Source: Calcarisporiella thermophila CBS 279.70 (taxonomy: Eukaryota > Fungi > Calcarisporiellomycota). From it: a stretch of DNA of 64,000 bases. The notes under the pieces were generated by a model that saw only the letters and a list, made by a program, of their open reading frames with translations, was not told the DNA's origin and did not search any database. The position numbers and the translations under genes were made by a program. Of this stretch, positions 1 to 12,437 are shown piece after piece. Each line of letters opens with the position of its first letter. The first letter of the stretch is position 1. The stretch covers positions 159,687 to 223,686 of the forward strand of contig NW_027192214.1 in the NCBI RefSeq assembly GCF_041956535.1, given 5' to 3'.

Positions 1-1626
1 GGTTACGAAAGGATCTTGAACACATAGAGTCGCATTGCCAGCTTGCTCGCTCACCCATGAAACTCTACTGAACCGCCGATAAACGAATTGTCCACTACTT
101 ACGCTCACTAAGAAGGATTCGGGATCAAAGTGCTCGCCGAAGTAATAAAAAAAGTCCTGCAGAAGCGAAGCGACGCTAGCCTTATTCTTAGGACCATTGT
201 ATTCCTGAATATGCCAGGAGCGAGTGAACGTTACATCGTAGTAACCCTCCTCACCCTCAGTTCGATGGTATTCTCTGATGCGTTCCTTCCAGAGGCTGGT
301 CTGTTTTTGCAGGTTTGGTAGCACCGGTGGACGGGTGGTTTGCAAAAAGTTGATCATCATTAAGGTGTAAGCATAGGAATTGGGGGTTCGGTTATGGGTT
401 GGATTATTGATTCCACGGCATCTAGCCCACCATTTGACAATGCGAATCAAGGTACGCACTCGAGGATCGCAATCACAATAGTACTGGATAAGTTCTGTGT
501 TGATTGGACTGAGACGGTGGTTAATAGTAATATCCCCATGAAGTTCCCTGCAGAGAAAATAAAAGGTGTATTAGAGAAGACTACAGATTTCAGAAGGTGA
601 AATCAAATAGTTACAATTCGGGGTCGTAAAATTTACAAACAGGAACACGCGCTCTTCCAATTGGAATCACGTTCTGCATGCCCATTGACCGCAATAAGGA
701 GGCAATAACTTTCATTTTGTAGTAACTTCCTCCCGAATACGAAAATTGATCATCGTCCGTCGGGTATAAGCGACCACGTTTGTCATAACGCTCATCTTGA
801 GGCACCATTACAACAAAATCGGTGTCTGATCCATCCAGTACTAGACCATTTAGTGCAGAACCATACATTAATACGGTGAGGCCGGCACCAGGCCACCGTT
901 TCTCAAAGGCATCATCGAGTTTATCCCATAGCTCATGGCGACGTGGGTGCTCTTCTATATCCTTGACCTCTAGTTTCTAGGAGGCAACGCTTTTTTATAA
1001 GAGTCTGTAATACAAGACTTAACCTTTAAAAATTTTCCTGGTAATGTTACCGCTGAATAGTCTAGAATTGCGCGTGAGAGCTGATCGTCATCTCCTCTCG
1101 GAGGAGTCCGCGGAGAATATCTTGGGAGGAAGGCTCTTATCTGAAAAACCACTTGTTCGGGATTGAAGTCATCTACTTCTACATGAAATTGATCACTAAA
1201 ATGCTGCGTCTCCAATAAAGCTGTTAATCCTCCTGCATTTGCTATCACATCCCCTGCCCATGGCACTTCCGCTCGCAAAATCTTGCCTAGTTCAGAGAGA
1301 GTTCCTATCATAAGTCTCTGCATCACCTGCATCAAATCCTCTTGCAATTCAAATAGATTTCGCAGGCGCACTGCCCACCTATTGGGACAATGGCGGTTAG
1401 AGGGATCGAGTAGTACAAAATGACGCGGGAAGCGCTGAAGATATGATTTTAATCCGCCATAAGAATTGAGTACATAGCGTAAACCCACGTCGTTGAATTC
1501 AGAATGGAGAGTCTGCCCGAGTCGATCAAGTGTTATGAAAGGACGAGGGTGGATGGCAAGTTCATGCAGTATGTAATTGAGAAGTAATTTATCCAGTTGA
1601 TCACGTTCCCAATGCATTCCTGGCAT
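1..1626 (-). CDS. Cid1/Trf4-family terminal nucleotidyltransferase (TUTase/non-canonical poly(A) polymerase) with N-terminal tandem winged-helix repeats; 3' end runs off the window
   Basis: ORFs 970-1626 and 611-868 join through a GT-AG intron at 977-1050, giving ...AILDYSA|KLEVKDIEEHPRRHELWDKLDDAFEKRWPGAGLTVLMYGSALNGLVLDGSDTDF (GS-x-DxD motif). It continues ARVPVCKFYDP, then in the next exon HGDITINHRL (third Asp), DPRVRTLIRIVKWWARCRGIN, NSYAYTLMMINFLQ...PPVLPNLQ and LLQDFFYYF (PAP-associated region). Confidence 0.9.
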
Positions 1627-2140
1627 TCCTTAAATTCTCTCTACCACAACGAAGTTATTTAGGATTAAAGAATGGTTTTAGACAAGTTCCTGAGTTATGC
1701 TTAAAAGATCCCATCAAAAATTAAGTGTGGCTTGCCATCTATAGATTAAAAACCCCTTCAATCTTAATGTCAATATGGAGATAATCAAGGCCTACACAGA
1801 TGTGCTCTAATATGCATAGTTTTTTGTAGTTGCAAAATTCAAATCAGAGTTATCAGAGTATGATGAATCATCAGCCATAGAATAAAATAGAGAAGCAATA
1901 TATGATTTTCCCTGGTTTAGTTCAAAGCTTTGTTTATTTGAAAAATGTATGCGTGATTAAATAAAGATAACTTGAATAGGCTATACTAACTACAGACTCA
2001 AGAGATGTTGAAGCATGACAAAGAAAATGCTGGATCATAAAATGAAGTAGAGGGAGAGTGTCTAAGAAATACAAATAAACGAAAGAAAAAAATTTACAAT
2101 ACAATAATGCATTTATTTTATTTTTCACCGTTTGAAAAAC

Positions 2141-3032
2141 TCAAGTATCACATCCTGAGTCATCTCTCCTCTCGCCCTCCTCTCCCGCTCTATTCGTTCC
2201 CTTTCAAGCTCACGCTCGTTGGTCGTAATCAATTGCTTTTCAATCAGGACCGCCTTATTTGCTCTAAGTTTAGGCAGTAATCTAGCCAACAGCCGTCTAG
2301 TTCGTTCAAGCTCCTGGATAACAGGCGAGTTTGTGGCAATGATATTGCACCGAATGGCCTCAGGTTTAAGTGCAGAGAGGGATGTATAGATTTCCTTATA
2401 AAATGAAAAGTCTTGTTATTACGGGGCAAAAGAGGCCTAATTGTTAAAAAGAAAATTATGCAATTACCTTGTATCGATCATGTTTAGCCTTGACCGAAAG
2501 ATAGGTGTACTGCAAACTCTGCACACGAGCTCGTAACGCATCATACCTATCGAAGAGCATCGTTCAATAGAATTTATCACAAACCACTAAAGTGATACCT
2601 ACCGTTCAATATCTTCTTCGTCATCATCGCCTGTCCATCTCCTTGGAAACGATTCCATCCAACTGTAATAATAATAATAAATAAATATAGGTGTCAACAC
2701 GTTAACATTTTACTTGAGTTGCAATCGTCACATTGCACATACATCCTGCTTCCAATATCCGCCTTCCCAATATTCTCTATCCCATCACGATGTCTGCGTT
2801 TCTCTTCCACGCGTACTTGATGTAACTGCTGTAATAGCTGATGTACTGCCTGATGACTGAACGTTTGACGATAGGCTTTGCGATTTGCAACATTAATTTT
2901 GTGAATGACGGCGCTCACGACTGGCTCAGGAAGCTCATCGGGTATCGGTGGATTAAATGGCTTTTGAAAAATCTGCAATTGAGATTCGATGAATGCCCTT
3001 TTGCGAAGATAGTAGGACGAATTGGAGGACAT
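2141..3032 (-). CDS. fta4: Kinetochore Sim4/CCAN subunit Fta4 (Nkp1-like), 4 exons
   Basis: The N-terminus RKRAFIESQLQIFQKPF...VIHKIN...RQTFSHQAVHQLLQQL and the spliced C-terminus IRCNIIATNSPVIQELERTRRLLARL match the remembered Fta4 pattern (K..FL..Q...LS.PL; YS.QA...VAEQI; Q.NLVT....L..ELERMR.LLARV). Confidence 0.7.
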
Positions 3033-3058
3033 GCTGTTGCCTCTCTCTGATTCTATAA

Positions 3059-3096
3059 ACGCGTTCCAAAACAAAGGCCTTGTATAGACGTTCGCG
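3059..3096. promoter_or_regulatory. MCB (ACGCGT) and SCB-like (TTCGCG) elements just upstream of fta4
   Basis: ACGCGT at 3059-3064 and TTCGCG at 3091-3096, 27-64 bp from the ATG. Confidence 0.35.
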
Positions 3097-3303
3097 ATTA
3101 TGTAAACGTGGCTTAGAGGAGAGACGTATGAATTTCAATTTCGAGGCACTTATTGGGAAAAACAATATTATTGTAATTTTTTTTATGAGGGAAAAAAATA
3201 TAGAAAATAGAAATAAAAAAATAGAAAAACAACACCCATAAAAATTCCTCTAAGAAAGATCCTCACATTGATGAAAGGAAGTGTTAAATTTTATTGAGTC
3301 TAC

Positions 3304-5135
<1,832 letters not shown>

Positions 5136-6242
5136 TTTACTGTTCTTCTTTTTTCTTTGAAAAGAAAGCTAGAAAAAGAATGAAGAAGAGGAATGAAAAA
5201 AAATAAAAATAAATAAAGGGGAGGGCAGGAAAGCGAAAAAATAAGCAGGGGGTCGACTAAGCCACCAATGTCAACTGAATTGTAGGAATACCACGGATTT
5301 ATTCTCGGATAGGAGGAAATAATCGCACGATGTCGCTTATCACGGCTCTTCCGCAAGCACTTAAAGAGTTGCGAATTCATTTTTGCAAACATTCTCCAGC
5401 AAGCAATGGATTAAGGTGATGCATTTTTAGTTTCATTAGTCTTGATAGCCCTAATATTTACTCGAATTCAATGTCGAGAAAAATTTTATCACCGAATTTG
5501 GTGACCGATATTGCTTGACTAATACTAGTATTCTACTTGCCGTTTTTACTTTCTCTACTTTAGAAATTTTATCACCCATAATTATCCTTCCATTAAGAAA
5601 GCAAATCCTCATCCCCCATACTTATTCGTGAAGCACTTGGAGCTCAAGCAAGAATATTTGCGCGATTCGGTAAGTAATTTCTTTATTTTTATTACATATT
5701 ATATTAGAATTCTGCTGCAATATTAACATTCTATATTGTCCGTTGTAGAACATGGTAGGGAAAAGAAGATAATGGTTGAGAATCTGGATCCAAAAACTGT
5801 AGAACAAAAATTTGTAGAACTAATTAAATGACCTGTACATTTTCTGTTGTCTTTCCATACCTTTTGTTTACTCTGTAAAAAATCGACCAAATATACCTTT
5901 TTATTTGCTCAAAATAGTTGAAATAGTAAGCCCAATCATGTAACTTTTTGAAAAGTTGTATATACTCGTTACTTGGTTGACATCCGCAAACATGTAAAAA
6001 TACAAACCATACCTCTCCTCTATATATTGCATATATCTTGTATTAGAGAGCTTCTAAATGCCTCATAATTAGCTTTTTTTTTCTTTTGCCTCTAATAATA
6101 ATTCAATCCTGTGTCGATATGTATGTTTAAATAAAACAAACGGTAATAATTTTTTACTTCATAGTATAGAAAGTTTCTCACACAAGCGGTAAGGAACAGC
6201 TGTCTAAATAATTAGTTAAATGGATTCCAGCTCTATTCACAT

Positions 6243-9033
6243 TTAAAAGTCTTGGACGAAGCGTAAACTCCAGCCAATTTGGTCACCCAGTCGCGGTAAT
6301 ACTTCTGCCACGGATTGAACATCTTTATCTCCACGGCCACTTACGCATAACAATACGTCTTTTCCTGGACCTAGCTCCTTCGCTAACTTAAGAGCATAAT
6401 AGGCAGCATGCGAGGATTCCAGAGCAGGAATAATGCCCTCCTTTTGAGTAAATTGCCTAAAGCCTTCAAGAGCTTCAGCATCCGTCACGGCGTAATACTC
6501 AGCACGGCCGGTGGCTTTGAGCCAGGAATGCTCTGGTCCCACACCAGGATAATCTAGACCGGCGGAAACCGAATGAGTCTCCTTAATTTGCCCTTGCTTA
6601 TCTTGAAGTAAATAAGTACGCGTGCCGTGGAGGACACCAGGAGTCCCTACTGTGAGGGTTGCAGAATGGTGTTCGGTAGAGGTTCCTGGATGAGAAGAAA
6701 AAGAAGAGGGAAAGGGAGAGGGGGGAGTCATTAAACCTTGCCATCCTAGAATAAAAAGAGAAGCTAATTACCAGAACCACCAGCTTCCACACCAACAATT
6801 CTCACTCCTTTCTCCTCAATGTACGGATAGAACAATCCAATGGCATTGCTTCCTCCTCCTACACATGCCACCACGCAGTCTGGCAATTTCCCAGCCTTGG
6901 CAAGCATCTGCTCCTTACTTTCCTTACCAATGACAGATTGGAACTCTTTCACAATGGTCGGGAATGGATGCGGCCCAATAGCAGAACCGACCAAATAATG
7001 TGTGGTTTCAACATTGGTCACCCAGTCACGCATGGCCTCGTTGATCGCATCCTTCATAGTTTTAGCACCTGCGTGAATCGGTACGACGGTAGCGCCAAGC
7101 ATTCGCATGCGGAAAACGTTCAGAGCCTGTCTGCGACAGTCCTCTGCACCCATATAAACTACACACTCCATACCGAATTTGGCGCACACCGTTGCCGTGG
7201 CAACTCCGTGCTGACCAGCACCCGTTTCGGCAATGATACGGCGCTTGCCCAAACGTTTTGCAAGAAGAATTTGTCCAATCGTGTTATTGATTTTATGGGA
7301 ACCTGTATGATTGAGGTCTTCGCGCTTCAACCAGATACGCGCGCCTCCAATCTCCTCCGTCAGTCTATCCGCAAGATGCAAAGAAGAAGGGCGACTCATG
7401 TAGTCATAATAGGATTCGAATTCTTTCCAGAACAGCGGATCATTTTTGGCCTCGATGAATGCCTAGTATTTTGAAAACATTCCCTCTAAAAATGTTAGCC
7501 TGGGTTGGGCATAGAGTCACGACATAAGAAGGATATTACTTTCTCTAACTGGCTTAAACAGTCAACTAGCGCCTCGGGAACGTAAGCACCGCCAAAATCT
7601 CCGAATCGAGTAGCAAGAGTATAAATGGCAGATCCCTGAAAGAATAAAATAAAACGTTGAGCTGTATCCGAATAAACTGAGTAAGGAGGCGGCAACTTAC
7701 TACAGAGCCATCAACATGTTGGAGTTGAAGACTATCTAGCTCACTTGCGACTTCATCCTCAACCGTCATCTCGGCTTTGAGAACAAATAATTCGAGAGTC
7801 AATAAAACAATACAATTAATAGACACCGAATCTGAACGGATTACCAGGGCCAGATGGAGCTTCGGCAGTCCTTCCGCATAATGCAAGACAGAACTCTTTG
7901 ATAGCCTCGGGTCTCTTTCCGACCTCTATAGTAATATTATGATGTAAATATTTCCGATCTACGCTTGGGAATAATGTAGAACAGACCAGCATCCTTCAAG
8001 ACATTGATTAATTTGCTTCCAATCACCACCCCATCTGCGTGGGAGGCAACTGTTGTAAAGTGATCGCGTGTTGCAACACCAAATCCAACGGCCAAAGGGA
8101 GCTGAGTGTACTTGCGAATACGCTTAATGATAGCAGGAAGTTCGGAATTGACTTCATCTCGTGAACCCGTAGTGCCCATTCGGCTCACGACATAGATGAA
8201 CGTATCAGCAACCTGTGACAAATTTTGGATACGAGCCTCGGTTGTGGAAGGTGCAATAAGGGGAACGTAAGAAAGACTACAAGGATCGACAACGCATTAG
8301 GTCACCAAAGCAATCCTCAACTATTGAGTACACTTACCCTTGACGGAGGCAAATAGATCGGAATTTGTGAGATTCCTCAGGAGGTAGATCTACAACAATG
8401 TAGCCATTAACTCCTGCGGCCTTGCAATCTTCCACAATTTTTTCTTCGCCATAGCTGAGAATAGGATTGTAATAGCCCATGAAAAGCACGGGGATCTTAA
8501 GGCCACGTTTCCGCGCCTGGCGGACGTATTCAAGGCAGTCAGGAATGTACACATGATGCTTGAGTGCCTCCTATTCGATGGATGAATCAAGATGAGTAAT
8601 AAAATCTTTGATTCGCCAGATCGTCAAAAATAGACTAACATTGCTAGCATATTGAATCGTAGGTCCATCGGCTAGTGGATCGGAAAAGGGAATGCCTAAT
8701 GGAGTGGAAATGGATCAACATCCATGCATTCTTCATCGAACAGCAGTGCAAAGTTTCCAGAAACAGTGCAGCTAATCCCGTGGAGGGACGCAGAAAATCT
8801 TACCAAGTTCAATAATATCGGCGCCACCTTCTTCTAATTTCAATAGTATGTCTACTGTTTCTGCCGGAGAGGGATAACCCGCCGTGACAAATGTGACAAA
8901 GGCGGGGCGGCCTGTTGACAATTTCGAGGAAGAATAAAAGCACGTTAGCAGGATAAATACCGACCAATTCAAATGCGCATGGCAAACCTTGTGCTTTCGC
9001 CTGTTGAAAAGTTTTTCGGATAGCAGATGACAT
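6243..9033 (-). CDS. TRP5: Tryptophan synthase, fungal alpha-beta fusion, about 10 exons
   Basis: Alpha part: FVTAGYP, IIELG|[32 protein letters not shown]. Beta part: [16 protein letters not shown] (PLP Lys), [35 protein letters not shown]. Confidence 0.98.
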
Positions 9034-9282
9034 TCTTTGATGTATTTTAGAGAGTTTATTCGGAAGAAAAATACTTCTTGAAATAACGAATTTTAATGGC
9101 TTCGAAATTTGCAATTCATTAGGTACTAATTTTTTGTCAGGATGTATTGATCCGAGGCACAGCAGAGATTGAAACCTCGGATATGGAGATCGCAGAGTTA
9201 AAATCAAGGTGAATCATGAAAGCTAGATTTTAAAACCTTAAAGTATTCTGTATTGTGAAATGTAGGATTCGCTTGTATTTAC

Positions 9283-9816
9283 CTGGCACGGTAAGGATTT
9301 AGGAGCTCGAGCTTCGTTTTCTTTAAGTGAAACGTTAGAGCAATGTTTTTTCCTTGACACCGAGCGCGCTTTCAGCATAAAACCAGAAAGCCAACTTGCT
9401 CAAGGAACCTATTGTGCTGGCCTCAGAATGCCAACGAACAATTTGATATTTGTTGTAATACTAAGCATCTTATCACGTATGAAATGAACGGCCGTGTAGC
9501 GCCTTTAAGACCATCAGCATGAGGAAGTGCTCTCCTGGTGGTACCCCAATCAAAAGAAGGTCCAAAGATCTGATTTTCGGGGCGACGCGTGCACCAGCGA
9601 GGGCCCCGGTCTTGACTTTAAGAGACAGAGCCCATGAAGGACTACCGAACTCCATGCTAACTGGAGGCATGACGCCCTTCTCGGTTTTTGTTGAATGTAC
9701 GGTCTGTGGTTGAGAAATTTAAAGTCCCAATTCGCCCGTGCACCCGAAATCTTACTATTTAAGCTAGACGCGTATACGCTTGAAAGTAAGTTTTCGGGGA
9801 AAGGCCGAACACAATT
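9283..9816 (+). ncRNA. Candidate structured non-coding RNA, family unassigned
   Basis: Consecutive stems: 9283-9293/9410-9420, 9350-9357/9400-9407, 9507-9512/9608-9613, 9535-9540/9592-9597, 9614-9620/9720-9726, 9743-9749/9792-9798 and 9751-9764/9778-9790. Wobble pairs read as G-U on the + strand, and there is no credible ORF. Confidence 0.4.
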
Positions 9817-9946
9817 TGAATGCTTCACGAAACCTCCATGGAAGATTACACCTCAAGCTTCGATGCTTCCAATGGGCTTCTGAGACATTTGCATATAAAT
9901 ACAATATTTTCGAGATCGCCATCGAATTCCGAACATTTATTTACAT

Positions 9947-12437
9947 ATGTTCAGTCATATGGGTATAGTCGAGGAGGATAAATTGCAAACATCTAGTATC
10001 CATCAAAATGAACAAATCAATGAATCAGTTTTGGAAGTTGAAGTGGCCGTAGGGATGGGTATGGAATTCATATTTAATGACATTTTCCTTCTCAATTAAA
10101 AAATTTCTAAATTACAACTTGCAATTAGCTTCATCAGACATGGCTTCCTTCATTCCCTTGGAAAAAGAAGAGTGCAAGTTCGAAACCGATCCGTTTGGTA
10201 TCCCTGAAGAAAATCTATCTTATGTTGAGCGCTCATCTATTCTTGATAAAATAGCGGAATTCTTTGGTGAAAACAATCCTCGTGGGGAGAACAGAACCGT
10301 TGCACTTACTGGCCCCGAAGGCATAGGAAAAACCCAAATAATGCTTCGATACACCTATCTTTACCGCAGAACATATGGCCGCCTGCTTTGGCTTAATGCT
10401 GATAATTGGAATATTACCCTTCACGATATGGTGACTGCATTTGCAGATGAAGAGGATAAAGAAGAGTATATGAAAACGAAAAAATGGCTTTTTCTCTTAG
10501 ACAATGCGGATGAAATAGCTGCCAAAAGGATATTGGAGGCTTTACCCCATAAAAGTGGTAAGGTTATCTTGACTACACGGGACCCCATCTTATCTATAAA
10601 AGCAAAAGTTATCCCTGTGGGCACAATGTGTGAAGAGGAGGGTCTCAACATGCTGCTTGGTCAGGAGTTGAAGACAATTGACCGACAAAGTGCACGATTT
10701 CGCAATGCCCTCGATATTCTACGCGAACTAGCTTATATTCCACTTGCGATAGAAATCGCCCGGGCTTATATTAATAACACAGGCTCTTCATTCCAACACT
10801 ATCTTTGCATGCTCTATAAAAATCGCAATCATCTGCTAGCTTACTCTGATGGATGATAGATCCTATAATCACCAGCGTACTGTGACAACAGTCTGGGAAG
10901 TCGCGCTTGAAAGGATTCGTGAGACCAATCCAACTGGTGCGTTGATCCTTGAAGTATGCGTTTTCCTTCAATCAGACTCAATACCTGTGCGATTTTTTGA
11001 AAATCAGAGCACTACTCTGCATATTGGACCCTTTTTCACAGACTACACCGACCAATTCCCTAAATAACAGTGAAATTGGGAAAGAAATCGCTCAGCTGAC
11101 AGCTTTTAAATTGATATCTGTGATATCCAACAAAACTGAAATGATCGTCGGTGAAAGAAAAAATATTACGTTAAGAATTTGCCCTCTTGTACAAAAGATC
11201 GTCTATGATAAATTCAAAGATAGGAAGAGATTAGACTGGATTAAGAAAATATCAAACGCTCTCTATCTGGAGACGCGCGATACCAGAATTTGCGATACTG
11301 AGAGCCGATCGACTATGAGTATATATCTACCTCATATTCGTCACTTTGTTACCTTTCTTAACACCCTCGACCATAACCCACCGCTACCGGAAAGCTTAAG
11401 CAGCCTGCTAATTCACACCGTTCAATACCTGTTTAGTAACGGAATATTTAATGGAGCAGCAAAACTAGCAAAACTTTCCGTTACTGTGTCGGAGTTGATT
11501 TATGGAAACGATCATCCGGAAACTTCAACCGCCATTAAAAATTTGGCTGGGTTTTACGAGTGCCAGGGCATGTATGAACAGGCTGAGCCGTTATATCACC
11601 GCGTCTTAGCGATAAAAGAGAAAGCGCTTGGATCCGAACACCCAGAAATTGCAAGCTCTCTCTACAGTTTGGCTAAATTTTTCTATAACCAAGGCAAGTA
11701 TGAACAAGCTGAACCGGTATTTCATCGAGCTATAGCTATGCAGGAGACAGCATTAGGATCTGAACACCCGGAAACCCTATGTTCTTTATACAGTTTGGCT
11801 AAGCTTTTCCATAGTCAAGGCCAGTATGAGCAGGCTGAACTGCTATTTCTTCGAGTTATAGCAAGATAAAGTATTAGGAGCTGAACACCCATATACAGCA
11901 AATTCTATGCATTGTCTGGGAAGGCTTTACTGTAATCAAGGAAAATACGATCGGGCCGAATTACTTCTTCAACGTGCCGTAGAAATACGAGAAAAAGTAT
12001 TTGGGGTCGACCACCCGGAAACTGCACACACTCTCTACTATCTGGCTAAAGTGTACAAGAGCCAGAATATATTTGACAAGGCCGAATATCACTATCGCCG
12101 CTCTCTTGCAATAGAAGAAAGTGTATTGGGACCTGAACACCCGGATACAGCAGCTGCACTACATGGTATAGCTGATCTCTATGCTAGCCAAGAAAAATAT
12201 AGCCAGGCAGAGTCGCTTTATCGGCAAGTCAGAAAACTAAATGAGAAAACACTAGGGCCTGAACATCCAAGTACTGCAAATTCTATTTATAATCTAGCAA
12301 AGCTTTATAGCAAACAAGGCAAAACCGATCAAGTAATAGCCCTATTTCAGCAATCTCTGGCAATCTGTGAAAAGGTATTGGGACCTGAGCATCCAGATAC
12401 ACTAAGATCTCGAGACGGTTTGGATAAACTTTTATAA
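9947..12437 (+). pseudogene. NLR-type NB-ARC + TPR repeat gene with three frameshifts
   Basis: Walker A GPEGIGKT, Walker B WLFLLDNAD, sensor VILTTR, GxP-like YIPLAI, then TVTTVW...LE, followed by eight G.[DE]HP.[TI] TPR units. Frame breaks lie near 10850, 11025 and 11865. A probable first exon at 9947/9959-10058 is followed by an intron at 10059-10128. Confidence 0.88.
11490..12420 (+). repeat. Diverged ~126-bp (42-aa) TPR repeat array
   Basis: Recurrent motifs GNDHPET, GSEHPEI, GSEHPET, GAEHPYT, GVDHPET, GPEHPDT, GPEHPST and GPEHPDT at a 42-residue period. Confidence 0.9.

Noticed and set aside
9276-9300. TATTTACCTGGCA resembling the U1 snRNA 5' end, and GTAAGGA resembling the U12 branch-pairing region
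   Set aside because: Mismatch to ACTTACCTG, no U1-70K or U1A loop motifs, and no U12 5' context.
9705-9712. TGTGGTTG as a possible telomerase template for a GGTTGT-type repeat
   Set aside because: Only 8 nt, on the wrong strand relative to the G-U bias, and the telomere repeat of this organism is unknown.
9871-9882. AATGGGCTTCTG resembling the U11 5' end or RNase MRP CR-V
   Set aside because: Lacks the AAAGG needed to pair with U12 donors. The putative MRP CR-I (9721) lacks the conserved G and the GARAR hairpin.
10848-11875. Programmed ribosomal frameshifting in the NLR
   Set aside because: No slippery heptamers. The lesions look like a duplication and deletions, and three recoding events would be needed.
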